Assembly (NCBI GenBank): GCA_963736855.1
Contig: CAVTQK010000021.1
Coordinates: forward strand, 672,001-736,000
Direction: 5' to 3'
Length of the DNA: 64,000 bases
Source of the DNA: an uncultured delta proteobacterium
Lineage (GTDB): Bacteria > Desulfobacterota > Desulfobacteria > Desulfobacterales > UBA2156
The notes under the pieces are model-generated. The model saw only the letters and a program-made list of their open reading frames with translations. It was not told the DNA's origin and made no database searches. Positions 60,962 to 64,000 of the stretch are shown piece after piece (position 1 is the first letter of the stretch; the number at the start of each line of letters is the position of its first letter). The translations under genes and the position numbers were made by a program.

Positions 60962-61222
60962 ATGTCGATGCCGATCTATGAATATCTTTGCAGTGATTGC
61001 AAGAAGACCACGGAAATCCTGGTCGCCCTGTCTGACAAACCCCCGGTCTGTCCGTCATGCGGAGGCACCCGGCTTGAAAAGCTCCTCTCGGCACATTCCG
61101 CATATTCCGGAGCCCATCGAAATCGGGTCCCCGGCCATTCGGACACAACCTGTTGCGGGTCCTCTCCGGGTGCGGCGTCATGCGCCGGGCCGGGAAGCTG
61201 CTGCGGGAAAAAGGAGGGATAA
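60962..61222 (+). CDS. FmdB-family zinc ribbon protein
   Basis: MPIYEYLCSDC...CPSCG..LEKLLS with a Cys-rich tail. Confidence 0.85.
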   Translation: MSMPIYEYLCSDCKKTTEILVALSDKPPVCPSCGGTRLEKLLSAHSAYSGAHRNRVPGHSDTTCCGSSPGAASCAGPGSCCGKKEG

Positions 61223-61597
61223 CCATCCGCATCCCAGTTGTTGTGTAATACAACCCACCTGTAGTTTTACTGTTGCACTTCGCGGATCCTGTCTTAGTTT
61301 CTGGTCAGCCACAAAGTGGTATAAGAAATCGTGATCCGATGATGCTCTCTCTGAGACCCAAACTGAGCGATTTTTCACAATAAAATCCCACCCGGAGATA
61401 GTTGGATTGTGGTATATAAAGGTTGCAAAGCCAATTACTACCCAATCACAAAACAAACCCAACGGGTGGAAGTGAATTCGATGGCACTCGTCGGCACCTG
61501 GAAGCGCTTTCAGCGGGCGATCTTTTGCCGGCCGTTCTATGAGAGCCGCCAAATGCTGAAAGAACCATATATAAGAATCAAATAATGGAGGGAAAAA

Positions 61598-62116
61598 ATG
61601 AAAAAACTTTCTTTAATCCTTATAACCGGTTTTATGTTTTTGGTGATTCCATCAACCGTAAATCCTGTTTTTGCAGGAAGTGAAAAGTTCGATGAAAAAA
61701 TGCTGCCGATTCTTGCGGAATATCTTAAAATGGCAGACATGCTTGCTTCAGATAAGACAGAAGGAGTTGCCGATGCTGCGAAAAGAATTGAAGGTCTTGC
61801 CGGGAGCGTTTCATCTTCTCTTGTAACAGGTGAACATGCATCCCATTACAAGAGTATTCCAGGAAACATTTCAGACGGGGCAAAAAAAATGATTCAGGCA
61901 AAAGAGATAGCCGGCATGCGTTCAGCCTTTGTGAGTTTATCCAAGCCTGTTGTGATGTGGGCCGCCATGTCAAAGCCGTCAGGAATAAATGTAGTTTATT
62001 GCCAGGGGGATCCCGGGTCATGGCTGCAAAAGGGAGCGGTAATCCGCAACCCATACAATGGATCCAAAAAGCTTGCATGCGGAGATATAATTTCAGGACC
62101 TGATGCAAAAAAATAA
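61598..62116 (+). CDS. Exported heavy-metal-associated protein (DUF3347-like)
   Basis: Signal peptide, EYL...LASD, YC...WLQ..IRNPY.GS..LACG. Lies upstream of a Cus-like operon. Confidence 0.7.
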   Translation: MKKLSLILITGFMFLVIPSTVNPVFAGSEKFDEKMLPILAEYLKMADMLASDKTEGVADAAKRIEGLAGSVSSSLVTGEHASHYKSIPGNISDGAKKMIQAKEIAGMRSAFVSLSKPVVMWAAMSKPSGINVVYCQGDPGSWLQKGAVIRNPYNGSKKLACGDIISGPDAKK

Positions 62117-62139
62117 TATAATCCGGCAGGGAGGATCCC

Positions 62140-63438
62140 TTGAAAGTAAATATAATTTTCAGGCTTTTCGTTATATTGATGCTGCTGTTTTCCGTTTATT
62201 CCGGAAACAGCGATGCTTCCGACAAGCCGGAAGACGGTTTATTGGCGCCGCCTGTTGAAGAGCTTGTTGCCGAAGCGCTTGAGAAGTCGCCTGCTGTCGG
62301 GGCCGCCCGCTCAAGGTTTGCCGCATCAAAGGAGCTTGTTGAACCTGCTTCAGCTCTTCCCGACCCTGAGCTTGAATTTTTACTTGAGGAAAATATACGC
62401 TCTGTTTCGTCGCCGGTTTTCGTAAAAGGAGAGATTGTATTGAAGCAGGAATTTCCCTTTCCGGGAAAGCGCTCTCTGAAGAAAAAAACTGCCGGCGCAG
62501 AATCGGAGATGGAATTTGCCGGCCTTGTTGACATTGAAAGGCAGGTTACAAGGGATATTCGCATCGTTTATGCCAGACTCTATGCGCTTGACAACGAAGC
62601 CGGGGCTCTTGATGTCGCAAGAGAGCTTATAAAAATGCTGGAGGCAACGGCTGGCGTTCGTTATAGCACAGGCGAAGGAGAGCAGGAATCACAGATAAAG
62701 GCCCAGCTTGAATCATCCCGCATCCTCGAACGGATGGCAGATATCGCAGCTGAGCGAAAGGAAACGGCAGCCGGATTAAACAGGCTGCTTGGCCGCTCTG
62801 GCAATTTCTCGGTGGGAAAAATTATTTCACTTCCCGCAGTTTCTTTGCGGCAGGAAGGATTACAGAGGCTGGAAGAGCTTGCCCATGCAAACGCCCCGGC
62901 TCTTTTTTTGAAAAAAGCCGCCGTAAAAGCTGCGGAATACAGGCTCGAAGCAGCCGACCTTGATTTCTGGCCGGATTTTTTCGCGGGAGTCGGAATAGGT
63001 TTTGACGATGAATATGATCCTATGGCTCTTCTCTCCTTTGGACTTACTCTTCCCCTATGGCAAAACAGTAAACAAAAGCCCCTTAAACGAGCTGCAGCGC
63101 ATAAGTTTGACGAAGCCAGAAAAAATCTTAAAGAAATTGAAACGGCTGTTAGTTCGGAAATCGCCGTTCTTATTGCCCGGTGGAACCGGGACCACGAACA
63201 GATCACACGGTACAGGGATGCTATTATCCCCCAGACTAGCGCAGCCCTCAATTCGGCGCGCTCTTCCTATCTCGCGGGTCGCGCAGATTTTTCAGTCGTT
63301 ATTGAGGATTATAGGTTATGGCTTGATGCAAGAACACAGCTTGCCCGGCGCGAAGCGGATAGATTCATCACCTGGGCCGGATTTGATGCCCTGACAGCCC
63401 CTTTCCTGTCGGATGAAAAGAAAGGAGAATTGCCGTGA
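62140..63438 (+). CDS. TolC-family outer membrane efflux protein (CusC-like)
   Basis: Signal peptide, LPDP, QEFPFPGK, LPLW, helical repeats, YLAG..DF. Confidence 0.85.
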   Translation: MKVNIIFRLFVILMLLFSVYSGNSDASDKPEDGLLAPPVEELVAEALEKSPAVGAARSRFAASKELVEPASALPDPELEFLLEENIRSVSSPVFVKGEIVLKQEFPFPGKRSLKKKTAGAESEMEFAGLVDIERQVTRDIRIVYARLYALDNEAGALDVARELIKMLEATAGVRYSTGEGEQESQIKAQLESSRILERMADIAAERKETAAGLNRLLGRSGNFSVGKIISLPAVSLRQEGLQRLEELAHANAPALFLKKAAVKAAEYRLEAADLDFWPDFFAGVGIGFDDEYDPMALLSFGLTLPLWQNSKQKPLKRAAAHKFDEARKNLKEIETAVSSEIAVLIARWNRDHEQITRYRDAIIPQTSAALNSARSSYLAGRADFSVVIEDYRLWLDARTQLARREADRFITWAGFDALTAPFLSDEKKGELP

Positions 63439-64000
63439 AGATAATCAATTATTCATGCAGGTGGAAAATCCTTTTTATCATTATCATTTTATTTTCCGTA
63501 TTTTTGTGGGCCTGCGCCGAAAAAGATAAGTCTGCCGGAGAACAAAAAGCAAAGGCGGAAAAACCTGCAAAGGTGGAAAGGAAAATACTTTTCTACCGCA
63601 ACCCGATGGATCCATCGATAAGCTCTCCTGTTCCCGCCAAGGATGAGATGGGGATGGATTATATACCCGTTTATACCGACGAGGTATCTCCGCCTGAAGA
63701 AAAAGAGGTTAAGGGGCTTGCAACTGTTACAATTGATGAAAAAGGAATACGTCTTGCCGGCATTCAGACTGCGGAAGCTGTGAAACAGAAGCTGGAGGGA
63801 GATATCAGGGCCGTGGGCCTGGTAAAGGCCGACGAGACCCGCATGCGCCATGTCCACACGAAAAATTCAGGGTGGATAGAGAAACTTTACGTAAACACAA
63901 CCGGTCAGCTTGTTAAAGCCGGCCAGCCTCTTTTGACCATCTACTCGCCGCAACTTCTTGCAAGCCAGGAGGAATTTCTGCGTGCCCGCGAAAACGCCAT
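63435..64000 (+). CDS. RND efflux periplasmic adaptor (CusB-like), 3'-truncated by window edge
   Basis: Read manually from GTG 63435: FYRNPMDP...KDEMGMDYIPVY metal-binding motif, GWIEKLY, IYSPQL. Confidence 0.85.
   Translation, partial: MKIINYSCRWKILFIIIILFSVFLWACAEKDKSAGEQKAKAEKPAKVERKILFYRNPMDPSISSPVPAKDEMGMDYIPVYTDEVSPPEEKEVKGLATVTIDEKGIRLAGIQTAEAVKQKLEGDIRAVGLVKADETRMRHVHTKNSGWIEKLYVNTTGQLVKAGQPLLTIYSPQLLASQEEFLRARENA

Noticed and set aside
61262..61500. Possible IS terminal fragments
   Set aside because: I could not identify paired inverted repeats or transposase coding remnants by eye.

Overview
A 64-kb window from an anaerobic bacterium, probably Desulfobacterota-like (inferred from gene content). 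From left to right: (1) an accessory block with a trypsin-like protease, a signal-peptide-bearing TPR-CHAT protease and an McrC remnant; (2) an HTH+PBP regulator with a tungstate ABC transporter (two tupA copies, tupB, tupC); (3) one minus-strand run of glycogen genes (debranching fusion, glgP, glgA, glgB) continuing directly into Se/Mo-hydroxylase maturation genes (yqeB, yqeC, xdhC) and a NUDIX gene; (4) an AT-richer island at about 24.5-35.3 kb with three diverged IS91-family 3'/oriIS-like ends interleaved with single cargo genes, small nested hairpin elements, and an ERCC4 nuclease-RecQ-SNF2-YqhG-like operon; (5) a catabolic region at 35.4-61 kb whose enzyme set closely matches the anaerobic indole-3-acetate (iaa) pathway: XDH-family Mo enzyme, hydantoinase A/B, CoA ligase, CoA transferase, B12 mutase with a remodelled active site, acyl-CoA dehydrogenase, HADH/ECH fusion and GntR regulator. 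Here it is extended by a ferredoxin-fused ETF, TrpB2 and indolepyruvate:ferredoxin oxidoreductase, which suggests an indole/tryptophan funnel into that pathway; (6) the start of a Cus-like metal efflux cluster. Several genes in the first 17.3 kb carry small indels that may be assembly errors. I found no rRNA, tRNA or CRISPR array. All functional calls come from motif recognition by eye, with no database searches.
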